Virus record (IMG/VR): IMGVR_UViG_3300045970_000330
From: an uncultured virus (IMG/VR IMGVR_UViG_3300045970_000330)
Lineage: Duplodnaviria > Heunggongvirae > Uroviricota > Caudoviricetes
DNA: 57,290 nt
Strand: one strand, 5' to 3'
Numbering within the stretch: position 1 is the stretch's first letter; each line of letters opens with the position of its first letter. The notes beneath the pieces were generated by a model, which saw only the letters and a list, made by a program, of their open reading frames with translations, made no database searches and was not told where the DNA came from. Position numbers and translations under genes: made by a program. This document shows, piece after piece, positions 28,517 through 38,741 of the stretch.

Positions 28517-29098
28517 ATGCCTATCCCGACTCCCACAACTGAAGAACTCCAGAAGGTGAAGTCAGCCGCTGGGCTGCGCACCGCATCCTTCCGTAAGAAG
28601 AAGGACACACCCGAGAAGCCCAAGTTCGTTGTCCCTGACAACCTTGCGGCGCTGCCTGAGGAAATGATCATCAAGCTGGATGCCGGGTTGCTCAACGCTC
28701 GCAAGAACGGCAACCGACTCGACAGTGGCTACCGTGAGATCACCAAGGAAATCACCACGCTGTTCGAGGCGTGCGTCATCCGTATGGGTGGCGACAAGCA
28801 GGCGCTGGCTAATGCTTCACTCAGTGATGGGCTGCTGATCGTCTACCGCACAGCTGAGGCTGTGGATGAGAAGTTTGGTGAGGGCGCCTTCAAGGAAACC
28901 CGCTCCAGCGTCAACAAGGGGTGCAGCACTTGGCGCCGCCCTTGGGGACGGGTTCGCACCGCCGCCCTCGGTATCCAGAAGGTTCTGAAGACGCCCTTGG
29001 AAATCTTCGAGGCTGATTGTCGCAAGGCTGCGAACAGCACCGAGGTTGCTTACGTGAAGGCTCTGTCTGCACTTAATCGTGCGTTTGGGAAGGGGTGA
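28517..29098 (+). CDS. Basic hypothetical protein
   Basis: GGAGG RBS; first gene after the promoter. Confidence 0.85.
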   Translation: MPIPTPTTEELQKVKSAAGLRTASFRKKKDTPEKPKFVVPDNLAALPEEMIIKLDAGLLNARKNGNRLDSGYREITKEITTLFEACVIRMGGDKQALANASLSDGLLIVYRTAEAVDEKFGEGAFKETRSSVNKGCSTWRRPWGRVRTAALGIQKVLKTPLEIFEADCRKAANSTEVAYVKALSALNRAFGKG

Positions 29099-29247
29099 TC
29101 CATGGGATTCTCTGAAGCAGCTATCGAACTCATGAACGAGAACCGCTTGGCTATCCATGGTTACCAGGACATGGACGATGACTCGCCCCACATGTCTGCT
29201 ACCCTGCTTGAGCGCGAAATTGAGTGTGCTTGGAACGGAGGCTCAGC

Positions 29248-32200
29248 ATGGCACTAATCATCCACCAAGACGCCCAGGATCACATCAAGCTGATTAGTAA
29301 GATGATGACTGAAGTTGGCAATCATGAAGATGCGGATGATGTTGCGGCTATGATCTTCAACCATGCTCTCTACAGGGGCGGCTGTATCGACAGTGGGGAT
29401 CTTCGCTGCGAAGGAACCGCCGCCCCCTACGATCTGTATGTGTTCCGCGAATCGCACAGCTCCACGGATTTCTACTGGCGCCGCTTTGACCGCACCCGCC
29501 AGGAGTGGAATGGGGATGGCGGGTTTAATTGCCACACTGAGTGGTTCCGCAGATTCATGGCGGGTGCCATTACCAAGTCGGATCTATGGCTGGAACTGAA
29601 GGACACTAGGTATGCAGACCGTAAGGTGGAATGGAGCGTGAACACATGATCACCGAAACTGTCTGTATCACCCACGCCGAGTATGAGGACGCTCAGCAGT
29701 TATGTGCCCTGGAGCACGCTTCCCCGGATGGCAAGGAGTGCTCCACACTTATGCTCTGGCAAGGGCAGTTCCCTGATGGGGTTCAGTTCGATTTGAAAGT
29801 GTGTAACGGAGACAGCGGTCCCTGGACTGAGTGCGTGCTGTTCGATGCCAAGGGTAACGAGATTGGCTGTTCCGAAGTCAGTGACAGTGTTCTCGGTGAG
29901 TGGTACTTTGACAACCACATGATCATTGTGAAGATTGAGGGGACTTAGTATGAGTCCTACCTTCATGATCCTGCGCAAGCATTTCAATACCAAGTTGGAA
30001 GATGTCGTGATCGCACGGGAGTTGTCCTTGGAGGAAGCCAAGGAACACTGTGCGGACAGTAACACTTCCTGGAACACTTGCAGCGCCCCTGACATGCTCG
30101 CTTATACCGAGAAGCATGGTAAGTGGTTCGATGCCTTCACGGAGGAATAGATGAATCCCATTGACGATGATTTCGTCCTATTCTGCAACCAAGCCACTGA
30201 TGCTCAGCTCGTGAACATTATTCGGGATGAGTTCAATGCCTACCAGCATAGGGATTATCCCAGCGCGCTGAAAGCAGCTGCGCAGCGTGGGTGGACCGTG
30301 CTGGATGGCGAGGTCTACAACAAGTGAGACAAGTCACAGGAGATCCAATGTCGAATTGGCGTGGTGCCGAGCGCACCAATTACGTAACGATCAAGGACAT
30401 CGAAGCCCTCAAGCGGGATCTGCATCCCGACGTAGAAGTCCATGAGGGTAAGCCTGGAACCTATGCGTTTTCCCCAGCTACGCAAGATGGTGGGTTCCCT
30501 TCCAGCTTGATGGATGAGAACGATCAGGATGAGGACTTTGATTTGGTTGAAACCGTGCTGGGACACATGCAGGACGATGAGGTTCTGGTGCTGGTAAGCG
30601 CCGGGGCTGAGAAGCGTCGGTATGTTACGGGCTTCGCCTCGGCGCACATGCGGAATAAACCCGATGTGGTTATTAACATCGGGAGCATTTATGAGAGGGC
30701 AGAAGCTGCCTTTGGGTGTAGACCTACCAGGGCTGAATACTAACCACCACTCAATAGGAGGGCTTCTATGCTCGTGAGAATTGAAAGGGCTCGGGGTTAC
30801 GGTTATGTAGCGTTCCCTGTCAACCCACGCCACCGCAACCGCTTGAGGCGAGACATGATTGCTGGAGGCGCCGGGGGTAAGTTTGACCCCGGCTTCCTGG
30901 ATCGTCGGAGTGTCAAAGCTGAGGTCTACTTACAGGAGTTCCACAATGTAGAGTCAGCTTTTGACGGCTTGGTACCTGAATCTAAGCTGAAGGAACTTGA
31001 TAGCGGCTATCCCATTGTGGTCCGTGTCGATGATTGGTCCTTCCAGCACCTGTTGGGGTATTGCAATGGGTAGGGTTCCGAAGGTTCCCACCAAGGCAAG
31101 CAGCTACATGGTCCCGGTGGACTTGTATGCCCGCTACAAACAGTTGGCGAGGCGCGTCATTGTCAGCAAGGAAATGGCGCGGCTGATCATGGAATTGGAG
31201 CCGGATACCTACCCGCCCACGGAACCCCACCGCATGCTGTCTGTGCAGCTTCATGCCGAAGCGAGGGCAAAGCTGGATAAGATTGATGACCGCTACAAGT
31301 CCAAGTTCTACCTCAAATGTCTGGAAGCGCTTCTTGCGCAGAATGGAGTGTGATATGTCCAAACATTTTACAGCTGGTGAAATCTTCACCGAGGCAACAC
31401 TAAACGCTGCCCTGAAAGTGTATGCCATTGGAATGGACGGGCAAGCCTACCACATTGCACTGCGTAAGCTGGCAACTGCTGACCTTGTGGGTATCAACCA
31501 TCGCACGGGGCAGAAGAACGATGTCGATTACCTTGCCTACATGCTGGAGCATGTGGTGGGAATCTACATGCGAAATGTGGGGAACTGATGGACGTATCAG
31601 AACTATTGCTCACAGGAGTGATCCCAGGGCGCCCGCTGAAATACTTTAATGTCACCCTCATAGGACTGTTTGATCAGCCACTTCATGTGGGGTGCGTTCG
31701 AGCGAAGGATCGACTACATGCCATCCGCATCGGGGGCGCGGTCTATGACAACTGCTTCAAGCGCGGTGAAGCTGTGGAGGTTGGGCGATGAAGTGTCATC
31801 TACGCATCTATGTGGGTGGAGGTGAATACCACTACCCCAGCTTTCGCTCAATCCGAGCAGCCCGCCGCTTCGTGAAGAAGATCCCCTACAAGTTGAGTGT
31901 TCCCGCTAGTGTGTGCTTGTTCAAGGACTACACGCTCACACCCATCAAGCATTGGGAACTCCGATGAGTGACCCCTTCACGGACTTCACCACACCTTTCA
32001 ACACAGAGAACACCGTCCATGTCATGGTGTTGGACTCGATGGTGCGCCGCGCAGTATCCAATGCTATGGAGCATCCCTGGGTAGCGGCGCCCATCGAGGA
32101 TCTGATCCACCACTGCAACCTCAATAGTGAGGATGGCGTCTACAAGTTATCCCTCATGTCCCTACGGGATCAGGGCGTTCGGTTCTTAGTGCTACCCCCT

Positions 32201-32257
32201 GAAGGTAGCAGCGACATCCTGGATAGGTTTGAACCCCCACCATCTGAGATTCTTTAG
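29248..32257 (+). CDS. Run of small hypothetical genes (29248-29649, 29646-29948, 29950-30150, 30151-30327, 30348-30743, 30768-31073, 31066-31353, 31355-31588, 31588-31791, 31964-32257)
   Basis: Coupled, co-oriented ORFs with RBS. Confidence 0.75.
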
Positions 32258-32266
32258 GAGGCTTCT

Positions 32267-32902
32267 ATGTCCAGAACCGTAACCTATTTCCCATACTCTG
32301 AGCTGCCCCCGGATATTCAGGAGAAGGCTCTGGAGAACTTCATAAAGTCTCCCATGTGGATGACTTGGAGTGATGACTGGATCAGCCAGGACATCACGGA
32401 AATGTCACTCCAGACACTTACCGAGGCGGGCTACGAGGTCAACACCAGCAAATCCTCACGAGGGGTGAGAACTACACATGACATAAATTGGTCTTGTTCT
32501 TACAGTCAGGGTGACGGCTTTAGCTGGGCATCAAAGATCGACCTTCCCGTGGTTGCCAAGCGGCTGCTCTCAGAGGATGACTTCCTAGCTGTTGAGGATG
32601 TGTTGTGCAATATATCGGCATCTACTCGACAAGTAGGGCACCACAGTAGGAGCACCGTATTAGAGTTCGAGGATGAAGACCCCGAGCCCGAAACTGGATT
32701 TGACATGGTGCTTCAGGAAATGCGCCAGCGTATCATTAAAGAACTAGAAGCCGCGATTGAATCAGATATTGATGACATGGAGTCGCAGCTATCGACGGAT
32801 GGCTATGCTGAGATTGAATTTCAGCAAAGCGCAGAACGAGCACTTGAAACCCTTCAAAACAATGACCACATCGAATTTGATGAGGACGGAGAACTGCAAT
32901 GA
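32267..32902 (+). CDS. Highly acidic hypothetical protein
   Basis: RTVTYFPYSEL..QEKA, SQGDG and C-terminal EFDEDGE; GGAGG RBS. Confidence 0.8.
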   Translation: MSRTVTYFPYSELPPDIQEKALENFIKSPMWMTWSDDWISQDITEMSLQTLTEAGYEVNTSKSSRGVRTTHDINWSCSYSQGDGFSWASKIDLPVVAKRLLSEDDFLAVEDVLCNISASTRQVGHHSRSTVLEFEDEDPEPETGFDMVLQEMRQRIIKELEAAIESDIDDMESQLSTDGYAEIEFQQSAERALETLQNNDHIEFDEDGELQ

Positions 32903-33426
32903 AGATCATCGTGATGGTTGGTGTAAGTGGTAGCGGTAAGTCCACATATATCAAGAACAACTATCCGAGCGCCTACGTGGTGAGTGCGGATCATTTCTTC
33001 GAGGAAATGGCGGATCGTAGCGGATCGACCTACCCCAAGGTGTTCAGTGTTGGCTTGCTGACCCTTGCTCATGATCAGTGCCAACAGCGCTTCATGCAGG
33101 CAATCAACAATCAGATACCTCTGATCGCTGTGGATAACACGAATATCCGCACCCGTGACCGAAAGGTCTACATGATCATGGCTCGCTCTATGGGCTATGA
33201 AGTAGAGGTCCATATCCTTGGTCCTCGCCACCCCAAGGATGCCCCTCTGAGTGACAAGGATCGTCGGGACTACCTGGACATGTGCTGGAAGCGGAATACT
33301 CATGGGCTTACCTATGACCGCATCGAGAAGCAGTTCAATCAACAGAAGATGCCCGCTGGCGTATTCGGGTATGAGCAGACAACTTCATTCCTGCGTCCTC
33401 TGCCCGAGCTGATCGAAGCCATGTGA
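32899..33426 (+). CDS. P-loop kinase, polynucleotide-kinase-like (AAA_33 type)
   Basis: IIVMVGVSGSGKST, VVSADHFF, IAVDNTN and RNTHG. Confidence 0.85.
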   Translation: MKIIVMVGVSGSGKSTYIKNNYPSAYVVSADHFFEEMADRSGSTYPKVFSVGLLTLAHDQCQQRFMQAINNQIPLIAVDNTNIRTRDRKVYMIMARSMGYEVEVHILGPRHPKDAPLSDKDRRDYLDMCWKRNTHGLTYDRIEKQFNQQKMPAGVFGYEQTTSFLRPLPELIEAM

Positions 33427-33477
33427 CAATTCACAACCCGGCGTGACAGGTGTCACGCTACTTTCTGGAGGACTCTT

Positions 33478-35584
33478 ATGTCCGACTACGAGGTCTTGTT
33501 TAGGTTCGCTGACCCGAGCTACTCGGTGAACAAACAGGCACTAGCTGTGCTTGCCTACATCGCAGCTAGCGAGGTGGAAGCAATCCATCCCCCCGAGCTG
33601 ATCGACACCTTCCCCATGCAATTCGATGGCAAGGTGGGTGTGTGCTGCATGTATAAAAAGACAGATGCTGTAACTGAACCCTGGCTGCTCATTTACTTCG
33701 GAGAGAAGGGTAACAACGAAGACCTGATTGTGCGCACCACCAAGGTGAGGCAGCTAGATGATCGGCTCATTGGTCCTACCTACAAGGACTTCAAGAGTGG
33801 GTCTACGGCTCACTTCAACGAAGGTGACATCCTCGGGGTCTACACCGAGATCACCAGCCAGCTGCTGACGTTCCTGCTATGATCGTCGCCTCCGATTACG
33901 TGGTCAAAGGCATGCTCTATCAGGGTGTGATTGGTAAGATGGGAAATTGGGATCAATCCCCCATGACTCTGGAAGAAGCCCTGGAAGAAGCGGAAAGCTA
34001 CCGGAACAGTGGGGACTTCAGTGAAGTCTACATAGAACTCGTGGGTGACATCCCTACCCACACATGGCACCTGATTGCAGGTAAGTGGTATGGAGGCTCC
34101 CTTGTCTGATGCTTCTAAGCTTAGTCCCGAAGTGCAGGCACTCATGAAGGAGATTGACTTCGATCTTCAACAGCAAGCCATTGGCAGCAAGAAGGGATGG
34201 TTTCCCAAGAACCTCAGCGGGAAGTCCTTGTCCCGCCACATGTTTGATAACCAGGAACTGGTGAAGCGCCGCCGTGCGGACTTCATCAAGGAAATGATGG
34301 AGAAGCATCCCACACTGAAGAAGATGGAAGCCAACATCCAGGAAATGATTGAACTGGAGCGCAAGAAAGCGGAAACCCTGAAGCAGCTCGTGCTTTGTGT
34401 CGCCCTGAAACTCGAAGCCGAATCCCGGCTATCAACTGGAGGCTCTAATGCCCAAGGACATTCTGATTCAGATTCCCAGGCTGCCGATTGATCTCGGCAA
34501 CACCTTCACCCCGGAGCGGTTCGCTACGCTACGTTCCAAGTTCCTGCGAGATATTGATAGGCGCAGAGACAAGACTTACTATCCCCCCGGTAGGAGGAAC
34601 ACCTGGGTGAGCAGTCGAAATATCCACATCATTACGGATGCGCGGCTAGAGGGTAAACGATTGGGGCGCAGGGGCTTCGACTATGAAGCTACCGGCGAGG
34701 ACTTCATCAGTATTCGTGTGCGGTTATACAACACGGACATCGCATGCTTTCACGCCACACCCACCACGCTACACTTCTGGAATTATGGGTATTCCTCTAT
34801 GACTACAGCTAAGCGTGTAGGGGAGTGCAAACGCTGGTTCCAGATGTTATTGGGTGAGCGCCCCAATTTCGACTACCGCTACAGCACGAATAAGTCTACC
34901 GCTGAGCAGCTGAATGCCATCAATGGTGGAGGGGCTTATACTTCGCTGCTAGGTGCCAACTATTGGTCAAAGTATGTGCGTATGGACATTGACAAGCGAC
35001 GAATTTACTTTGATCTGCTGCATAAGGGTCATCTGCTTGAACTCCTTGCTGGAGAGCGGGAGCAAGTGGAGCTGGAGGGCGCCCGGTGGAGTCCTCAAAG
35101 CGGTCACGCTAAAGCTGGATCGCTTCTGGATCATGAGTTCTGCTCAAATGTGAACAAGGATCATACCCGTATTGCTAACGTGGTGGATCTGGATGCTCTC
35201 GATCCGATCTTCAGCCTGTGGTTGCTGAATCAAACCACCATCCAGGTTGATCCCTACACTTCTCCTGGAGGCTACAACGACCCCACCCGGGGTATGGCGA
35301 ACCCGCATAGGGTAGAGTTTACCCGAGAGTTCCTGGACTCCAAGGAATGGACTGAGCAGCCCGAGCAGGTCCAGGCGCTGATTCCATCCATTACCCGAGA
35401 GCGTAAAGGACCATGGGGGCGTTCTCTCAGCTACTGGAACAAGCGGCAGGGGCATGACACCCATATCACGACTACCCTTAATACGAAGATGCTGAACATG
35501 TGTGAGCGCTACAACAGCGAGATCCATAGAGTCTTCGTCAAGCTGGCAGATGTTTCCGAAATTACCGTGTCAGAAGTAGCTTGA
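33478..35584 (+). CDS. Four hypothetical genes (33478-33882, 33879-34109, ~34090-34491, 34448-35584)
   Basis: RBS and overlaps; no recognisable family. Confidence 0.75.
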
Positions 35585-35609
35585 CACGGCGTGCTTGCTT
35601 CTGTATCGT
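35581..35609 (+). promoter_or_regulatory. Sigma70-type promoter
   Basis: TTGACA-N17-TATCGT followed by operators at 35621 and 35650. Confidence 0.75.
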
Positions 35610-35688
35610 TGTGATACGGTTGTGAGTTGTCACACCACGTTCCTATCATGCGTGATACGTGTCACGCTTCACCCCAAAAGGAGACTTC

Positions 35689-36849
35689 ATGTCTCAGCTC
35701 AATATCATCAAGTTCAACAAGATGGGCGCCATCATCAAGGATTGGGTTAAGAACCCCAACCCCAACATCGGTGTGATGGGGTTCATGGGTGCCCCTGGCA
35801 TTGGTAAAACGTCCATCATCCGGCAGGCGTGTGTCGAGGCGGGCAAGGAACTCTCCTATATTAACGCTGGTATCATCACCATGAACGACCTCATGGGCTG
35901 CGCCACCCCTGATGCAGACTTCCGACACACTCGGTTCCTTCCACCTCAGGGCTTGCTCGATGCCAACAACCCGCTGTTCATTGATGAGCTGACTAACTTC
36001 AGTGACCGCAGTGTGGCGTGTGCCCTCAGCAATCTGCTTCTGGAAGGCATCATCCCCGGGCACCCTACCCGCTACAACGAAGCCCGCATGTATGCTTGCA
36101 ATCCCACAGGCGTGTCGGAACTTGCGGAAACGATTCCCCGCATCCTGGTGAACCGGGGCGCCCTCTACATGATCGACTACGAATACGCTGACTTCGTGAA
36201 CTACGCTCTCAATGTGGGTGTGAAGCGTGTGCATCCCGTGGTCGCCAGCTTCATTCAGGAAACCAAGGAGAACTACCTGCACGTTAAGGAGTTCACTTGC
36301 AGCAAGCGGGCTGGCGTTGAAACTCCTGGACCTGATGAGCCGTTCCCCACGCCCCGGGCGTATGAGCTGCTGTCTGATCGACTGTGGCGTATGGAACGCG
36401 GGCTGCCTACCTCGGTATTTGAGGAAGCCTACGCTACCATTGGATCGACTGCTGGTAAGGTGTTTGGTGATCATTGGGCTATGAGTGCTTATATGCCCAA
36501 GGTAAGTGACATCCTTGCAGGTAAGAATCCACAGTTCCCTGAGAAGGCTTTCAAGGCTTCCACCGTCATGAGTCCCATCCAGGGTATGGTGGTCTTCGGC
36601 ATCCTCGGGGCAGCTGAAGATGTGGAGCAGTTCCGCAACGGCTGTGAGTGGCTGTTTGCTCAGCTGAAGAAGGAAACTGTGGGGCGTGAACTCCTGCGGA
36701 CATTCGCTGATGCTGCTAAAGACAGCGTGCATCGCGCATATCAGCATGAATGCTTGAATGCCCTGGGCTCCAAGGCTATGGGGGCGAAGGACTGGACACA
36801 GTTTTTGCTGGGTAGCCTCAAGAGTGCCAAGGAAGCGAGCAACTTCTAA
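35689..36849 (+). CDS. MoxR-like AAA+ ATPase
   Basis: GAPGIGKT, LFIDEL, YACN and PTPRAYE. Confidence 0.85.
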   Translation: MSQLNIIKFNKMGAIIKDWVKNPNPNIGVMGFMGAPGIGKTSIIRQACVEAGKELSYINAGIITMNDLMGCATPDADFRHTRFLPPQGLLDANNPLFIDELTNFSDRSVACALSNLLLEGIIPGHPTRYNEARMYACNPTGVSELAETIPRILVNRGALYMIDYEYADFVNYALNVGVKRVHPVVASFIQETKENYLHVKEFTCSKRAGVETPGPDEPFPTPRAYELLSDRLWRMERGLPTSVFEEAYATIGSTAGKVFGDHWAMSAYMPKVSDILAGKNPQFPEKAFKASTVMSPIQGMVVFGILGAAEDVEQFRNGCEWLFAQLKKETVGRELLRTFADAAKDSVHRAYQHECLNALGSKAMGAKDWTQFLLGSLKSAKEASNF

Positions 36850-37154
36850 TGACTCCCTCAGGTTTCGACCTACTTTGCTTAGCTGAGCGCGGCTTTGCAC
36901 AGGAGCCAATGGGTGATCAATACATCGACTTTGAACATTACCCGGGAGGGTTTGGAGCTACTGAGGAACAAGATGACCGCCGAGAACGAATCACATTCAA
37001 CTCTGAGGACGGGACATTCTACGCAGTAGCTGCACACGTGGACCTTGATGGTAATTATTGGTTTGAAGCCAACTATAACGGTCCTTCCCTACTAGATGTA
37101 TTCGATCAACTTACACTGTGCAGGCTTACAGCCCCCCGAAAGGAGAAGCCATGA
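36849..37154 (+). CDS. Acidic hypothetical protein
   Basis: TAATG and ATGA coupling between the AAA and vWA genes. Confidence 0.75.
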   Translation: MTPSGFDLLCLAERGFAQEPMGDQYIDFEHYPGGFGATEEQDDRRERITFNSEDGTFYAVAAHVDLDGNYWFEANYNGPSLLDVFDQLTLCRLTAPRKEKP

Positions 37155-38644
37155 CCCCGATCAAAAGTGGACCCCAGCCCATTGATGTGCCCCAGGAGTG
37201 GCAGGAAACGCGTCACGCTCTTATGTCGCATGTTCCCTTCCTTTCATCCGCCCTGGGCGTCCTACCCCTACTAGCGGTCCATGACGCCCCCTACCCGGCT
37301 TACACGGACATGAAGTCCATCACAGTCTGCCCGAGTCGTTGGGATGAGCTGGAAAGGAACACCATCGAGCGTGGGTTGCCGTTCTTCCCTACCAAGGCAT
37401 CCAGCCGCGCCGTGTTGTTGCTTCATGAGTGTGGTCACATTGTGTTCCGTAGCGATACCCGCAAGGGCACTCGGGAACACATGCTGTGGGTGGAGGCATG
37501 TGATAATGCCATCAATGAGTTTGTAGTGGATGTATTCCGCATGCCGCCCTTCAATTACCGGGGCGATAAGCTGGACAAGCTGGAAGCCGCCATGAACGCT
37601 ACTGGATCTTATCAGAAGCGCTTTCATGGTATGACTGCTGAGGAAATCTACGAGATCCTCAAGAAAGAGCGTGATGATAAGCAGAAGGCTCAGAAAGATC
37701 CGAGCCAGAAGCAGAAGCCGGGAGAACCACCCCCGGAAGGTGGCGATCCCCAACCCGGCGAAGGTGATCCCGAAGAACAAGAAGGTGAGGGCGACCCTAG
37801 CGAACAACCTGGAGAGGGCGACGAATCGGAAGGCGGGGATGACGGCTCCGGGGGCAGTGGCAACGGCACCGACATTTCCGAAATGTTTGGTAACGACTTT
37901 GGGGACGCCATCCCTGAGTCCGGTATCCCCGATGACCTGGGCGAGCTAGTTGAGAATGCCATGAAGGATTATGCCGAGCGTCATGGAGATAAGCTGCATA
38001 GCCCTAACGGATCAGCTACTACCCGAGAACTTTCGGAAGCCGCCAAGAAGCCCCCTGTGCTGCTGAGTGAGATTCTGCGAAAGATTCGGGACGTTGTGCA
38101 GGAAGTCAGCTACTCATATCGCAGGGTTGGTAAGAATGATACGTGGGGCATGCGTCAGGGCTTGCAGATGAGGATGCCCGCGCCGTCCAACACACCATCT
38201 TCCATAGTTAAGGAGCTGTGCATCGTAGTAGACGCCAGTGGCTCTATGAGTGATGAGGAACTGGCATGTGCTAACCGCATCATCAATGATGCATTCAAGC
38301 ATGTGAGAAGTCACAAAGTTCGCAGGCTTGTCTTCACCAGCTCTGTAGTGGAAGATGTGGACTTAACACCTATCACCAAGGCGCCCATCCATCATACGGG
38401 TGGAACGTGTATCAGTTCAATTATTGACTACATGGAAAAGCCCACTCTGAATCAGGATGTGAAACGCAATAATAAGCCAATCAAACCCAGCGCCATCATC
38501 CTGATCACTGACGGCTATGACTCCCCGGATTCCATCAAGCGGTTTGAGTCCTGGAAACACTTGGGGAGACTTCGCACTATTCTGATCAAGAACCCCAACG
38601 GAGTTTTCCCAGGTGTGGTGTTCCATGCCGATGTTGTAGGCTAG
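37151..38644 (+). CDS. HEXXH metallopeptidase-like plus vWA domain protein (DUF2201-like MoxR partner)
   Basis: AYTD, LLHECGH, ACDNAIN, acidic Gly-rich linker, MIDAS VDASGSM, GGT and ITDG. Confidence 0.88.
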   Translation: MTPIKSGPQPIDVPQEWQETRHALMSHVPFLSSALGVLPLLAVHDAPYPAYTDMKSITVCPSRWDELERNTIERGLPFFPTKASSRAVLLLHECGHIVFRSDTRKGTREHMLWVEACDNAINEFVVDVFRMPPFNYRGDKLDKLEAAMNATGSYQKRFHGMTAEEIYEILKKERDDKQKAQKDPSQKQKPGEPPPEGGDPQPGEGDPEEQEGEGDPSEQPGEGDESEGGDDGSGGSGNGTDISEMFGNDFGDAIPESGIPDDLGELVENAMKDYAERHGDKLHSPNGSATTRELSEAAKKPPVLLSEILRKIRDVVQEVSYSYRRVGKNDTWGMRQGLQMRMPAPSNTPSSIVKELCIVVDASGSMSDEELACANRIINDAFKHVRSHKVRRLVFTSSVVEDVDLTPITKAPIHHTGGTCISSIIDYMEKPTLNQDVKRNNKPIKPSAIILITDGYDSPDSIKRFESWKHLGRLRTILIKNPNGVFPGVVFHADVVG

Positions 38645-38741
38645 TGTCCGCCCCTATGCACGGAGTCGGAACCATACCATCAACCGCAGTGCATATCTGC
38701 ACTGATCTTGTTCAGACCCACCCCTCAACCAAGGAGCAACG

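Larger units (their letters stand above)
25011..35667. promoter_or_regulatory. Operator family 1: (G)CGTGACACCTGTCACG(C), 8 copies
   Basis: 25011, 25210, 25477, 26217, 27277, 28483, 33441 (inverted) and 35650; all intergenic. Confidence 0.85.

Noticed and set aside
25011..35667. matS sites (GTGACRNYGTCAC)
   Set aside because: Same half-sites, but the spacers here are 2 or 4 nt rather than 3.
35662..36909. 415-aa minus-strand ORF and similar antisense ORFs
   Set aside because: Shadow frames of well-supported plus-strand genes.
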